Positions 27,068 to 35,889 of a stretch of 64,000 nucleotides of DNA are shown piece after piece. The DNA comes from a virus. Its lineage: Duplodnaviria; Caudoviricetes. Positions within the stretch are counted from its first letter, which is position 1; the number at the start of each line of letters is the position of its first letter. The notes beneath the pieces were generated by a model. The model was given only the letters and a program-made list of their open reading frames with translations, was not told the origin of the DNA and ran no database searches. The stretch is from the IMG/VR virus record IMGVR_UViG_3300013121_000046, one strand, 5' to 3'. A program made the position numbers and the translations under genes.

Positions 27068-28348
27068 TCAGACCGCCACAGGAAAATACTTTCCGTATTT
27101 CAACTGCACCAAGATTTTAGCCAAAACAGCCTTAGTGCCCTTAGCGCACCCTCCCAGACTCAGCACGGCATTCTGCAATTCTTGCTTGCTAGCCTTTACC
27201 AACTGATCTTCCAAATCCTCAGGAGACTCCAAAATGGCTACCCTCTTCAGCAGGGTGGACTTGACCCCTCGGTATTCCCGATGCTGAGAAACCTTACCAT
27301 AGAGCAGAAAAACATCCCCAATCTTTTTGTTCTCGGGGATATCATAGGAAGAGAAGACATTCCCTTCAGGGGATTCAAAAAGGTAGATACACCCGAACGT
27401 TGTACCAAGGATCTTTTTCAGCGTGACTTGATTCAGAAGATTTTCCCCAAGGGTCCCCTGCCACTCACTCACAGAAACTACCGCAGCTTCCTGCTCAAAA
27501 TTGTAAGCGACCGGGATTGATACCGCCAGACCCATCTGCCGACAAGGTACCACTCCATTTTGTACCACCGTAGAGATATTGTGCTGATACTCATTTAGGG
27601 TCATCCGACTCTTCAACTCCATCGCCCAAGCTAGGATTTTTTCAGCCTGAGCATACTCAGTTGGATGAGTCTCACGAGTTATCGACTGACCTGTATAGCG
27701 ATCCCCCGAAGCAATACAGCATCGAACATCGCTCACCGTGGAATTTTCTTGGGTACTTTTCCGAAAACCATACCGAGAAATACTCAGCACAGCAACGGCC
27801 AAGACCTGCAAAATATCCCACCCAAGGTACTCTTGATTCCGGGACAACCCAGCAGGCTTCTGATTAAAGGTCTCCAAATCGTCGAGGAGGTCAAAAACTG
27901 AGAGGACTTTCTCAGGATCTGTGCCAGGAAGAAAATCCTTCACACATCCTGCCCCAATCTGCCGGTAACCTTCCTCGGGATTAAACACGATGTAGGAACT
28001 TTTCCGCCTACGGAGTGTATGGCAATGGTCACAGTTGTCCCCGGAACAGTGCCGGAACTTGGAAGGCAACTCCGCTATTCCGGGAGCCTTCCGTATGATA
28101 TTACCCTCTGGGGTATGGTCAACCTTTGCCTCAAAGGTCCAATTCTCTAACTTCAAGGGCTCAAATTCCACATCGAAGGGGGTCACTTCCACATACTCTG
28201 CTCCGGAACCGCTCTTAACCCAGCCCTTGGGCCCTTCCTTGACCGAGAACCGCAGGTCTAGCTTTTCGGCCTTTCGAGTCAAAGTAGCTACCAAACGGCG
28301 AAAAGCCAACAAATTCCCAGAGTAGATTTGGTAGGTGACCGTATTCAT
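27068..28348 (-). CDS. Phage protein with Cys4 Zn site and OB-like C-terminus (start MNTVTY)
   Basis: CDHCHTLRRRK...QIGAGCVKDF; GKVSQHREYRGVKSTLL; GGAG SD at 28348. Confidence 0.7.
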   Translation of the reverse strand: MNTVTYQIYSGNLLAFRRLVATLTRKAEKLDLRFSVKEGPKGWVKSGSGAEYVEVTPFDVEFEPLKLENWTFEAKVDHTPEGNIIRKAPGIAELPSKFRHCSGDNCDHCHTLRRRKSSYIVFNPEEGYRQIGAGCVKDFLPGTDPEKVLSVFDLLDDLETFNQKPAGLSRNQEYLGWDILQVLAVAVLSISRYGFRKSTQENSTVSDVRCCIASGDRYTGQSITRETHPTEYAQAEKILAWAMELKSRMTLNEYQHNISTVVQNGVVPCRQMGLAVSIPVAYNFEQEAAVVSVSEWQGTLGENLLNQVTLKKILGTTFGCIYLFESPEGNVFSSYDIPENKKIGDVFLLYGKVSQHREYRGVKSTLLKRVAILESPEDLEDQLVKASKQELQNAVLSLGGCAKGTKAVLAKILVQLKYGKYFPVAV

Positions 28349-28487
28349 TTTTCGCTCCAAAAAGAAAAATCGCCCTAACCCTGGAGTCACTAATCGCAGT
28401 TAGGCTGGACTTTTACCCTCAAAAGTTTGAGCAAGTACCTGATTATAGATTATATACCTCAAAAGTTGGAAGAAACACAAAAATAAT

Positions 28488-28532
28488 AAAAAAACCCACC
28501 ATACCCAGCTAAAGAGTGGGTATGGTGGGTTT
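28488..28532 (-). terminator. Rho-independent terminator
   Basis: AAACCCACCATACCCA/TGGGTATGGTGGGTTT stem + T run. Confidence 0.85.
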
Positions 28533-28548
28533 AGCTGTTAGAGATAAA

Positions 28549-28592
28549 GTTGACTATTCCGCCAAAACTGGTTGACTATTCCGCCAAAACTG
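28549..28592. repeat. Exact 22-bp tandem duplication
   Basis: GTTGACTATTCCGCCAAAACTG x2. Confidence 0.95.
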
Positions 28593-29053
28593 TTTGTGAG
28601 ACTCCGGTGGCCTGGGGGGCCATTACGGTCACTGGGGGGGTGCTTGAAACCGGTACCGGCTCAGCGACAGCATCCGTAGCCACAGAGTCTGTAGGAGCCG
28701 GAGTATCCATCAGCAACCGTACATCTTTCGGGTGGGCTCGGTATTCAGAGCCGTCCGCCCGAGTCGCCAACACCCAATAATTACCACCGCGAGCCCGCTT
28801 CGCCCGGGAAATGGTATACTCGTGTCTTCGACAAGTGAAGGTTTGGCCAATCTCGAACCCGTCTCTCTTCAGCCACTCATCCACCAGACCCTGACGCACT
28901 GCCCGCACTGAAAATCGCACACCATCCTCACCACGAGACCCGGTAATACTACCGTCCAAAGTCAAACCAAACTCCGCCAACACCGGCCCAATTTGAGCCG
29001 CAATTTTCTGCGACAACTCCACCGCTTGCTGCAACGAGAGCATAGCTTCCATC
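28576..29053 (-). CDS. Hypothetical early protein (start MEAML)
   Basis: GGAG SD; upstream GGTATAAT at about 29117-29124. Confidence 0.6.
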
Positions 29054-29182
29054 GGATTCTCCACACCAAAAAATAAGTTAAAAACCTCGGATTGTCCTCC
29101 AACCGAGATACACCCTATTATACCGTATTTTCGGTAGACCCAACTGGGAATTTTCCAAAAATTATCTTTTATCACCCCCCCA

Positions 29183-31864
29183 CTATGGGTTAGGTATTAC
29201 CCCCCGATAATGGATTCGCCGAAATAGGTCAAAGAAATCCAGGCTTCGAGCCCGCCAATCCCAGGATTGTATTCTCTTCTGCATGTTGGAGGTGAGTCTA
29301 TCAAAGTCCTCAATTGATGCCTGAATCGCAGAAAAGAAGGCCTCAACTGTTCGATCCACCAAATACCCATTTTCCCCTGGAACAATAAGTTCTGGCATAT
29401 TACCCACTGGAGTAGAGATAACCACACAACCGCAAGCAGCAGACTCTAAAGCGGGGTTGGGAGTACCTTCTGATTCAGAAGCGCAAACATATATCGTCCC
29501 AGAATTGTACCACTCTCGCATTTGAGCGGAAGTCAAAATATGTGGGGAGTGCGAGTCTACAAGCTTCAAATCAGTTTCTACCCCAATTTCCTTTAATCTC
29601 TCTGCCAAAGGCTTCAAAATTGATTTATATCCTTTCAACTCAGCATGGTAGATTGAACCGGTCCAAAGAACCTTGTGCTTTCTTCCTTGGGGTGGCCTAG
29701 TGCAATAAAATGTTGAAAGGTCTACACCATTTGCTAGGGGGACTGTGTTGTTAAGCTTTCCTGACCGCTCCCAACAGTCGAGATTGTTTATTACCACCAA
29801 ATCAGAAGAGTGAATACTTTGTTTAAGATACTCCATCCTTCTGCCATAACCTACATTATAGGAGGTAATAAGCTTTGCTTCTGGGTTTTTAGCCCTAATC
29901 GCGTCTCTTGCTCCAGGAGAATTGCCGTAAGGTAGGAGAAATACAACATCACTCGGGTAATTACCTACATCAGACCCAATGGTAACAAAAAAATCCTCGG
30001 GAGCGTACTTTTGCAGAGCCAAAGCTCGTTTATGGTAAGCCCACCCAGGTACATCATACACTATATGGAGTCTGATCTTATCCGAAGTCTTGAGGGGAGA
30101 ACCCCCTAAACTTTCTACGTATCGGTTTGGATTTCCATAAGTCTTGCGACTCAAATCTGCCAATTTACTAAGTTCAGAGTTAGACAATCTCATATACTTA
30201 GTAAGCAGATTATAATTCATCTTCACCGCCCAATCTTCTTCTGGATTACCTCGTGGGTGCCAAAGATGGTACAGCCCAGGATCTATACCCTTAAAGCTTG
30301 CCACTTTCCCAAGTCGAGTGATTTTCCAAAAGAAAGCATCATCCTCAGCCCCCCAGCCCTCAAATCGCTCATCAAAACCACCAACATGGTCAAAAAAGTC
30401 TCGTCGTATTAACAAGGAACCTCCATGCACATTCAAACTGGTATAGACCAAGGTGCAATTATATTTATCAGAGGGCCATTCTGTAGAAGTCTCTTCGTCT
30501 AAATAGTGGATTTTGCTCCAAGGTTTAACTGCATCAAAACCATTTATTCTTCGGAGACCCCAGGTTAAGTACTGAGAAGGGACACAAATATCATTGTCAT
30601 GCAGTAAAAGATACTCTGTCTTCGCCCTACGAGAACCTACATTAAATGCCCAACCCCGATTGTAGGGTCTATTCGAGTGACAAAATACGTAATCATCTAC
30701 TTGATCCGCTATATCTGCAACTTTCGGCGTCTCGTCCTGCTCAACCAGGACAACATAAACATCTTCTGTCTGGGACCATATATGTCTTAACACCTTCTCT
30801 AAGTTTCTTCTCCGAGGGCCCTCTCCCCGATGCCCAATAATAACCGTGACCTTAGCTTCTGTTGTTCTCTCCTTAGGGACTACTGCGGACATAAAAGTAA
30901 ATTCCTGGTCCGGGAACAGACTGTGTTGATTACGAAATCTTCTATATGAAGATTTCCCATGCGCTGGAATCCTTGAGCAACTTACATCACATTCTATTAG
31001 ACCCGATTGCCAGTTTGTTTGATCTTTTTTTTCTGCGTAGCTTTTTCTTATGCTACGTTCTACCGGAGTTTCTTGCAACCTATCTAAGGAGACTATCTCA
31101 CCAATAGTGGAAGCATCTAAAAAAAAGTACTCTTTACCCCACTTAAAATGCCTATATGCTCGCTGAATAAAAAGAGGTATGGCCTTATCTAACTCTATCT
31201 TTGGATCAAAGTATCCCACCTGTGAAAAAACTTCCCGGGTACCCCATAAACATGGGAGGGAGGCCACTTCGGTGCTCGTTGAATAGCTACCCCCACTTAC
31301 TACTTTCTCTGACCCTAAAGCAGTTCCAAAAAGACCTATCCCAGTCTCTCGATAACTTTCCCGAATACTCCTTCGCCACCCAGGATTCAAAAAAACTGAT
31401 CCTGAAGATATGAATAGTATCTCAGATAGTGCAGTCTCACCTAAAAAATACTTTACACCCCGGTTCCAATTTATGCTCCCCCCTTGACTTGGGCCACTTA
31501 TGCAAGTTACAGCTAGAGCTTGATTCTTTACTAAAGATTTCTGAATGTCAGAAATCTTAGAGACTTCTGTGGGATTGCTCTGATCTAAAACTAAAGTCAG
31601 AGCTAGTTTACTCAGATCCACATCTGCTAAACAGTCAAGAAGGGTATCCACCGTCCCCCTAATATTTACAAGCTCTCGACCACAAATGACTACCAGTAGC
31701 TTGGGGAACTCCTGGATAGGGCTGATTGCCGGAGCCGTTGGAACACTGACAAAAGTTGGTTTGACCGGAGTAAAAATTTCCGGTGGGATTCTTCGGGCCT
31801 CAATGGGGAGTTTTGTCTGCGGGATGCGAGATCGAGACTTAGGATATTCACTAGGTTTCCTCAT
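29183..31864 (-). CDS. Three-domain glycosyltransferase (degenerate GT2 + GT2/GT7-like + GT4)
   Basis: LHDND, GGFDERFEGWGAEDD, HLWH; EGTPNPALESAACG, TPVGNMPE. Confidence 0.85.
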   Translation of the reverse strand: MRKPSEYPKSRSRIPQTKLPIEARRIPPEIFTPVKPTFVSVPTAPAISPIQEFPKLLVVICGRELVNIRGTVDTLLDCLADVDLSKLALTLVLDQSNPTEVSKISDIQKSLVKNQALAVTCISGPSQGGSINWNRGVKYFLGETALSEILFISSGSVFLNPGWRRSIRESYRETGIGLFGTALGSEKVVSGGSYSTSTEVASLPCLWGTREVFSQVGYFDPKIELDKAIPLFIQRAYRHFKWGKEYFFLDASTIGEIVSLDRLQETPVERSIRKSYAEKKDQTNWQSGLIECDVSCSRIPAHGKSSYRRFRNQHSLFPDQEFTFMSAVVPKERTTEAKVTVIIGHRGEGPRRRNLEKVLRHIWSQTEDVYVVLVEQDETPKVADIADQVDDYVFCHSNRPYNRGWAFNVGSRRAKTEYLLLHDNDICVPSQYLTWGLRRINGFDAVKPWSKIHYLDEETSTEWPSDKYNCTLVYTSLNVHGGSLLIRRDFFDHVGGFDERFEGWGAEDDAFFWKITRLGKVASFKGIDPGLYHLWHPRGNPEEDWAVKMNYNLLTKYMRLSNSELSKLADLSRKTYGNPNRYVESLGGSPLKTSDKIRLHIVYDVPGWAYHKRALALQKYAPEDFFVTIGSDVGNYPSDVVFLLPYGNSPGARDAIRAKNPEAKLITSYNVGYGRRMEYLKQSIHSSDLVVINNLDCWERSGKLNNTVPLANGVDLSTFYCTRPPQGRKHKVLWTGSIYHAELKGYKSILKPLAERLKEIGVETDLKLVDSHSPHILTSAQMREWYNSGTIYVCASESEGTPNPALESAACGCVVISTPVGNMPELIVPGENGYLVDRTVEAFFSAIQASIEDFDRLTSNMQKRIQSWDWRARSLDFFDLFRRIHYRGVIPNP

Positions 31865-32145
31865 GTCTGACTCAAAACTAAAACCTGACCTTGAGGTTTT
31901 TCTCCCACTCGTAGTGCCACACGAATCAGCTTTGCCAACACTCTAAAATTTTCTTTACTTTCCATATCCAAAACAATGTCTCCAGGTCTCGCGAAACGAC
32001 AAACTAAGTCACTGCACAGAAGCGTCACCACCCCCGGAAATAGAGCATCAACAGCATAACCAGACCAGGTTCTTCCTGAGGATAAGTACTGAATAGTCAT
32101 TCCCCGCACTTCAGTAGTAGTAATTACCCAGCCAGGTGTACCCAT
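31861..32145 (-). CDS. Hypothetical protein
   Basis: Coupled ORF. Confidence 0.5.
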   Translation of the reverse strand: MGTPGWVITTTEVRGMTIQYLSSGRTWSGYAVDALFPGVVTLLCSDLVCRFARPGDIVLDMESKENFRVLAKLIRVALRVGEKPQGQVLVLSQT

Positions 32146-32146
32146 C

Positions 32147-32695
32147 TTAAAAGGTCTTTCTAAGATGGAATCTTAAGCTAGCCAATCTGTAATCCCTTGG
32201 CTTAGCCTCATCACGGATTATACGTTGTATTAAATCACCTACAAAGTCCGGACCAAATTTCTGACTAGCATGAATCCAAATTCGAGCCGCTGCCGGTCGA
32301 AAGTGCTCCACTTTCTGCTCATCAGTTAATCCCTGTCTGTGGGAGAGCAACCAATAGTATAGAGACAGTAAAGTCTTCTCTAACACTCCCCAGAATAGGT
32401 CCCCATGCTGCAACAAATTTTTTTCTAATCTGAAAATATCCCCGGACACAAAGTACTGTAGGACTTCCAACTCCGTAGGTAAAATTGCTCGATCAATTGC
32501 TTTTGTATCTACAAGATCGGCTCTATACTCAAGCAAATCTCCTCTAGCTATCCCCAATAATTCCACAGCCGGAGCTAGCTCTTCACGCTTCTGCAATTGA
32601 CTGACTGCCTCTGCGGAGGCTACAACCCCCCGAGCATCTAAAGCCTTGGTGACTGTACTCTCCTGGTGTCTGGCTATTGACATAGGAGCCTGCAC
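32147..32695 (-). CDS. Hypothetical protein
   Basis: Helical ORF in operon. Confidence 0.55.
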   Translation of the reverse strand: MQAPMSIARHQESTVTKALDARGVVASAEAVSQLQKREELAPAVELLGIARGDLLEYRADLVDTKAIDRAILPTELEVLQYFVSGDIFRLEKNLLQHGDLFWGVLEKTLLSLYYWLLSHRQGLTDEQKVEHFRPAAARIWIHASQKFGPDFVGDLIQRIIRDEAKPRDYRLASLRFHLRKTF

Positions 32696-32922
32696 ACATG
32701 GTAAAAATCTCTTTGGATAGCCAAATCCGAGGAAGTACTAGTCAAACCTCGAAGTGCTAAAAGTACATTCTCGGAACCAGGCACTTTCGCTAGAGCGGTT
32801 ATAAGTGCATTTCGGTCCTCCGAGGCAGTAAAAATGTTTTGCGCTTGTGGGATTAAAAATGTATACCCTGAAAGTATACGTTCCCACAAAGATATCCAAG
32901 TAGAAACAGTATCTGCGACCAT
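32674..32922 (-). CDS. Hypothetical protein
   Basis: ORF in operon. Confidence 0.5.
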   Translation of the reverse strand: MVADTVSTWISLWERILSGYTFLIPQAQNIFTASEDRNALITALAKVPGSENVLLALRGLTSTSSDLAIQRDFYHVCRLLCQ

Positions 32923-32925
32923 GTG

Positions 32926-33585
32926 TTACTCCAAAATTCCTGTGTATCGAGACTGTCCTTCCGGAATAATAGGTTCCGGTATATATCTTCTCGGACATGC
33001 TTTCCAAAAGCATGTCGGGCAATGCATATGGTTTACTGGAAATTGCTCATTTTCCCGTTCTTGGTCTATACGTTTAACCCAAGCACGAGCAGCGTATAAA
33101 TCTCGTTGACTGTAGTCCTCTAATCTCAACCATTCAGAACCATCCTCTGGTTGAACTACAACTTTAGTCCTATCCTCTGCTCCGCCTACGGTTATAAGTT
33201 TACGAAACTCGCATAGAAAGATAGCCAGGTATCTCTCATAGTTTCTTCGGGTCTCATCATACAATCTTCTGGGGTTTCTATATATAGTCCATATTCCAGT
33301 ACTGTCAGTACAGATTTTTGTTACTGGCAAAGAGAAGATAATCTCAATCCCAGAGACTTCAACTGGAAGCCAAAAAGCAGTTCCTGAGTAAGGCAAAGCC
33401 GTTAGAATTTCTTCCGAGGTATCTAAATAAACCTTCTCAGAAGATCTCCTCCGATGAAATACCCCAGTAATATCTTCCCAAATAGTTGTTCCCCAATCGG
33501 GGATTATTCGTTTATCTTTACCTTGGGGTTCCAATACAGAATATGGACACCAAGCATAGTCATTCACAAACTTTTCGGTAAGCAT
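32926..33585 (-). CDS. Highly degenerate Cas4-like Fe-S protein
   Basis: N-term DYAWCP, C-term HCPTCFWKAC; no PD-(D/E)XK visible. Confidence 0.45.
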   Translation of the reverse strand: MLTEKFVNDYAWCPYSVLEPQGKDKRIIPDWGTTIWEDITGVFHRRRSSEKVYLDTSEEILTALPYSGTAFWLPVEVSGIEIIFSLPVTKICTDSTGIWTIYRNPRRLYDETRRNYERYLAIFLCEFRKLITVGGAEDRTKVVVQPEDGSEWLRLEDYSQRDLYAARAWVKRIDQERENEQFPVNHMHCPTCFWKACPRRYIPEPIIPEGQSRYTGILE

Positions 33586-34189
33586 CTTGACTTCCTGTTA
33601 GACTAACCTTGTCTCTATCCAATTTATCCCTGTACCATTGTACTGGATCATGCCCGGTCCTTTCCCCTAAAATTTGAATAATGTCTTCTTCCGAATAAGG
33701 TATAGGCTCACCATATCGAAGGATGGCTGTATCAACCCCCACATCCATAGACCTTCTCTCCGGAAAAATGGTGGACATGGTTTCCTCTCTTTGACCATGT
33801 AGGTGCCCATACAGATGATAGGACCCATAATGAGAGGCAGGCCAAAAGAAGTGCGGATAATGAGAGAGAAAACACTTCTCACCTCGAACTTTTACTTCCT
33901 TAGTATCCACTACCTGAGAAAATACCCCTGGAACCATCCAGTTCTTCACAATATCGTGATTTCCTCGAATTAATACCACCTCGCTACAGATAATCCGCTT
34001 CCTATGCGCCTCAATATCCCCAAAACTAAAGTCTCCCAGGATGTACAGCCTGTCTCTGTATTTAACCCGACTGTTAATCCCAGCCAGAACTGCGGTATCA
34101 TGATCTTCTATGGAATCATACGGTCTTTGAGTTATCGCTAAAATCTTCTTATGACTTAGATGAGTATCGGCAATAAACCACTTTCTCAT
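33560..34189 (-). CDS. Calcineurin-like metallophosphoesterase (start MRKWF)
   Basis: ADTH, LGDF, GNHD, SHYP, GHLH, DVGVD. Confidence 0.85.
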   Translation of the reverse strand: MRKWFIADTHLSHKKILAITQRPYDSIEDHDTAVLAGINSRVKYRDRLYILGDFSFGDIEAHRKRIICSEVVLIRGNHDIVKNWMVPGVFSQVVDTKEVKVRGEKCFLSHYPHFFWPASHYGSYHLYGHLHGQREETMSTIFPERRSMDVGVDTAILRYGEPIPYSEEDIIQILGERTGHDPVQWYRDKLDRDKVSLTGSQDAYRKVCE

Positions 34190-34206
34190 ACACTCGATAC
34201 TCCTTT

Positions 34207-34866
34207 TTATGGACCAACCACAATTAGCATATCTGGGACATTTACCTGAACACTCTGGACTCTTGGGTGGGTCCTTAACCAATCTAAGTACTGTTGATCC
34301 TTTAGAATGCTAACCCCCAATACCGGGTGATTAAAGTTGTGAGAGAAGAATATTCTTCCCCCAGTTTTTGATATCCGATTTATTAAATCCTGAGTAAAAA
34401 ACTCCCACTCAGGAAATCCCCAGGACACTAACTCTTCGCCCACTCGATCCTTATCAAAACCAGTCCCCATTATGGTAATTAAGTCAAACTCAGCTATCTC
34501 TGAGGGTAACGGCTGTCTAGCCAGTATCTTGAAATCTATTGCCGGTAAACCCACACCTCTCAAAACATCCATACAAATTGGGTGGTTATCTAGGCATAGT
34601 ACTTCGTGACCTAAGGTTCGGAGTAGGAAAGAAAATATCCCAAAACCCGCGCCAATGTCAAAGGCTCGAAGCCTAGGCACCTCGGTTATACCTAAACGAT
34701 AAGCATACTCAGACACTCTAGGGAACTGATAGTCAAAATCAAAGAATTTAGTAAAGCCATTAGGATCAAACCCATATTTTTCTCGCAGTTGATCTGATAT
34801 CTTATTGGGCCAAGCTGCTCTTAACCGATTAGCTAATTCAGTGACCTGAGCTTCCTTTGAAGGCAT
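34207..34866 (-). CDS. Class I SAM-dependent methyltransferase
   Basis: FDIGAGFG, FDLIT. Confidence 0.8.
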   Translation of the reverse strand: MPSKEAQVTELANRLRAAWPNKISDQLREKYGFDPNGFTKFFDFDYQFPRVSEYAYRLGITEVPRLRAFDIGAGFGIFSFLLRTLGHEVLCLDNHPICMDVLRGVGLPAIDFKILARQPLPSEIAEFDLITIMGTGFDKDRVGEELVSWGFPEWEFFTQDLINRISKTGGRIFFSHNFNHPVLGVSILKDQQYLDWLRTHPRVQSVQVNVPDMLIVVGP

Positions 34867-35855
34867 CGAGAAAATATCTCCGAAAGTTTTTGGCAGATTA
34901 CAACCGGTCTCCTTGCTTCTCGGACTTTCTCCGAATTACGCAAACGAAACTCGCTTAAACTTTCCCAATGATTTAACACATTCTGTATTACAGAGGATAA
35001 ATCTCGCCAATCCGGGGAGCAGGAGATAAGTGATCCGTCCCTAAAAATGTCCGGATCACTCTTCACATACTCATTGCTGGGCTTAATGACAATACAGCCG
35101 GTGGCTAATGCCTCATAATCCCGGTAACAAGCTTCGCCGTAACCCCAAGGGGAAACACAAATTTTTGACTTAACCAGTAGATTAGCGTACTCAGTATTAT
35201 GGACAAACCGCTGTCCCTCACAAATACCTGGCCAATCTGTAAAAGTGCTCAGTTTCGTCAACAAGCTTCTTCTGTGTGAAGTTACAGACTCTTCCCCATA
35301 GTTCACAGTCCCCATGAAACAATACACGTTAGGGCGTGTATCCTCGACCTTCCAAGGAACGTCAAAACAAGCTCCTAGTCGCTCATAAGCACAATAACTA
35401 TATCCAAGTTCTATTTTAGCTAGGTCTTTCTCCGTTAGCTGTGGGTTAGGAATTCTATTCTCTAGTTTCGGAAGTCCCATAGTGTCTCTGTATATGTCTA
35501 CGTGGTGTCTACCTCCCCATTGATTATGTTTTTGGGGGTCAACAAAAGTGGTATTCTTTATCACACCTAACACTTTAGGGTGAGATAAAAATCTACGCGA
35601 AGTCCCTAACTGTGCCCCATCTATTCGCTCAAGAATAATCACTGGGGCTTGTGTAGATTCAAGCATCCCGACAGATACTAACTCTTGGTGTACCAAAACA
35701 AAATCTACCCCAACCCCTAAAGGCTGAGGTAGATTTTCAGGGTTTTGATACTGTTCGTAACCGACTAACTCATAATCAAAATCAGCCAGCCTATCCTTAT
35801 TACTCCAAATAGGCTGAGGCTGATTCGGATCCTTATAATACAATTTGAACTTCAT
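34833..35855 (-). CDS. GT-B/exostosin-like glycosyltransferase
   Basis: SKICVSPWGYGEACYRDYEALATGCIVIKP. Confidence 0.75.
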   Translation of the reverse strand: MKFKLYYKDPNQPQPIWSNKDRLADFDYELVGYEQYQNPENLPQPLGVGVDFVLVHQELVSVGMLESTQAPVIILERIDGAQLGTSRRFLSHPKVLGVIKNTTFVDPQKHNQWGGRHHVDIYRDTMGLPKLENRIPNPQLTEKDLAKIELGYSYCAYERLGACFDVPWKVEDTRPNVYCFMGTVNYGEESVTSHRRSLLTKLSTFTDWPGICEGQRFVHNTEYANLLVKSKICVSPWGYGEACYRDYEALATGCIVIKPSNEYVKSDPDIFRDGSLISCSPDWRDLSSVIQNVLNHWESLSEFRLRNSEKVREARRPVVICQKLSEIFSRCLQRKLRSLN

Positions 35856-35889
35856 ATTGCTGTCTATCTTTAAGAAAAATCAAGTAGAA

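Noticed and set aside
28549-28592. Mini CRISPR array
   Set aside because: The two copies abut with no spacer
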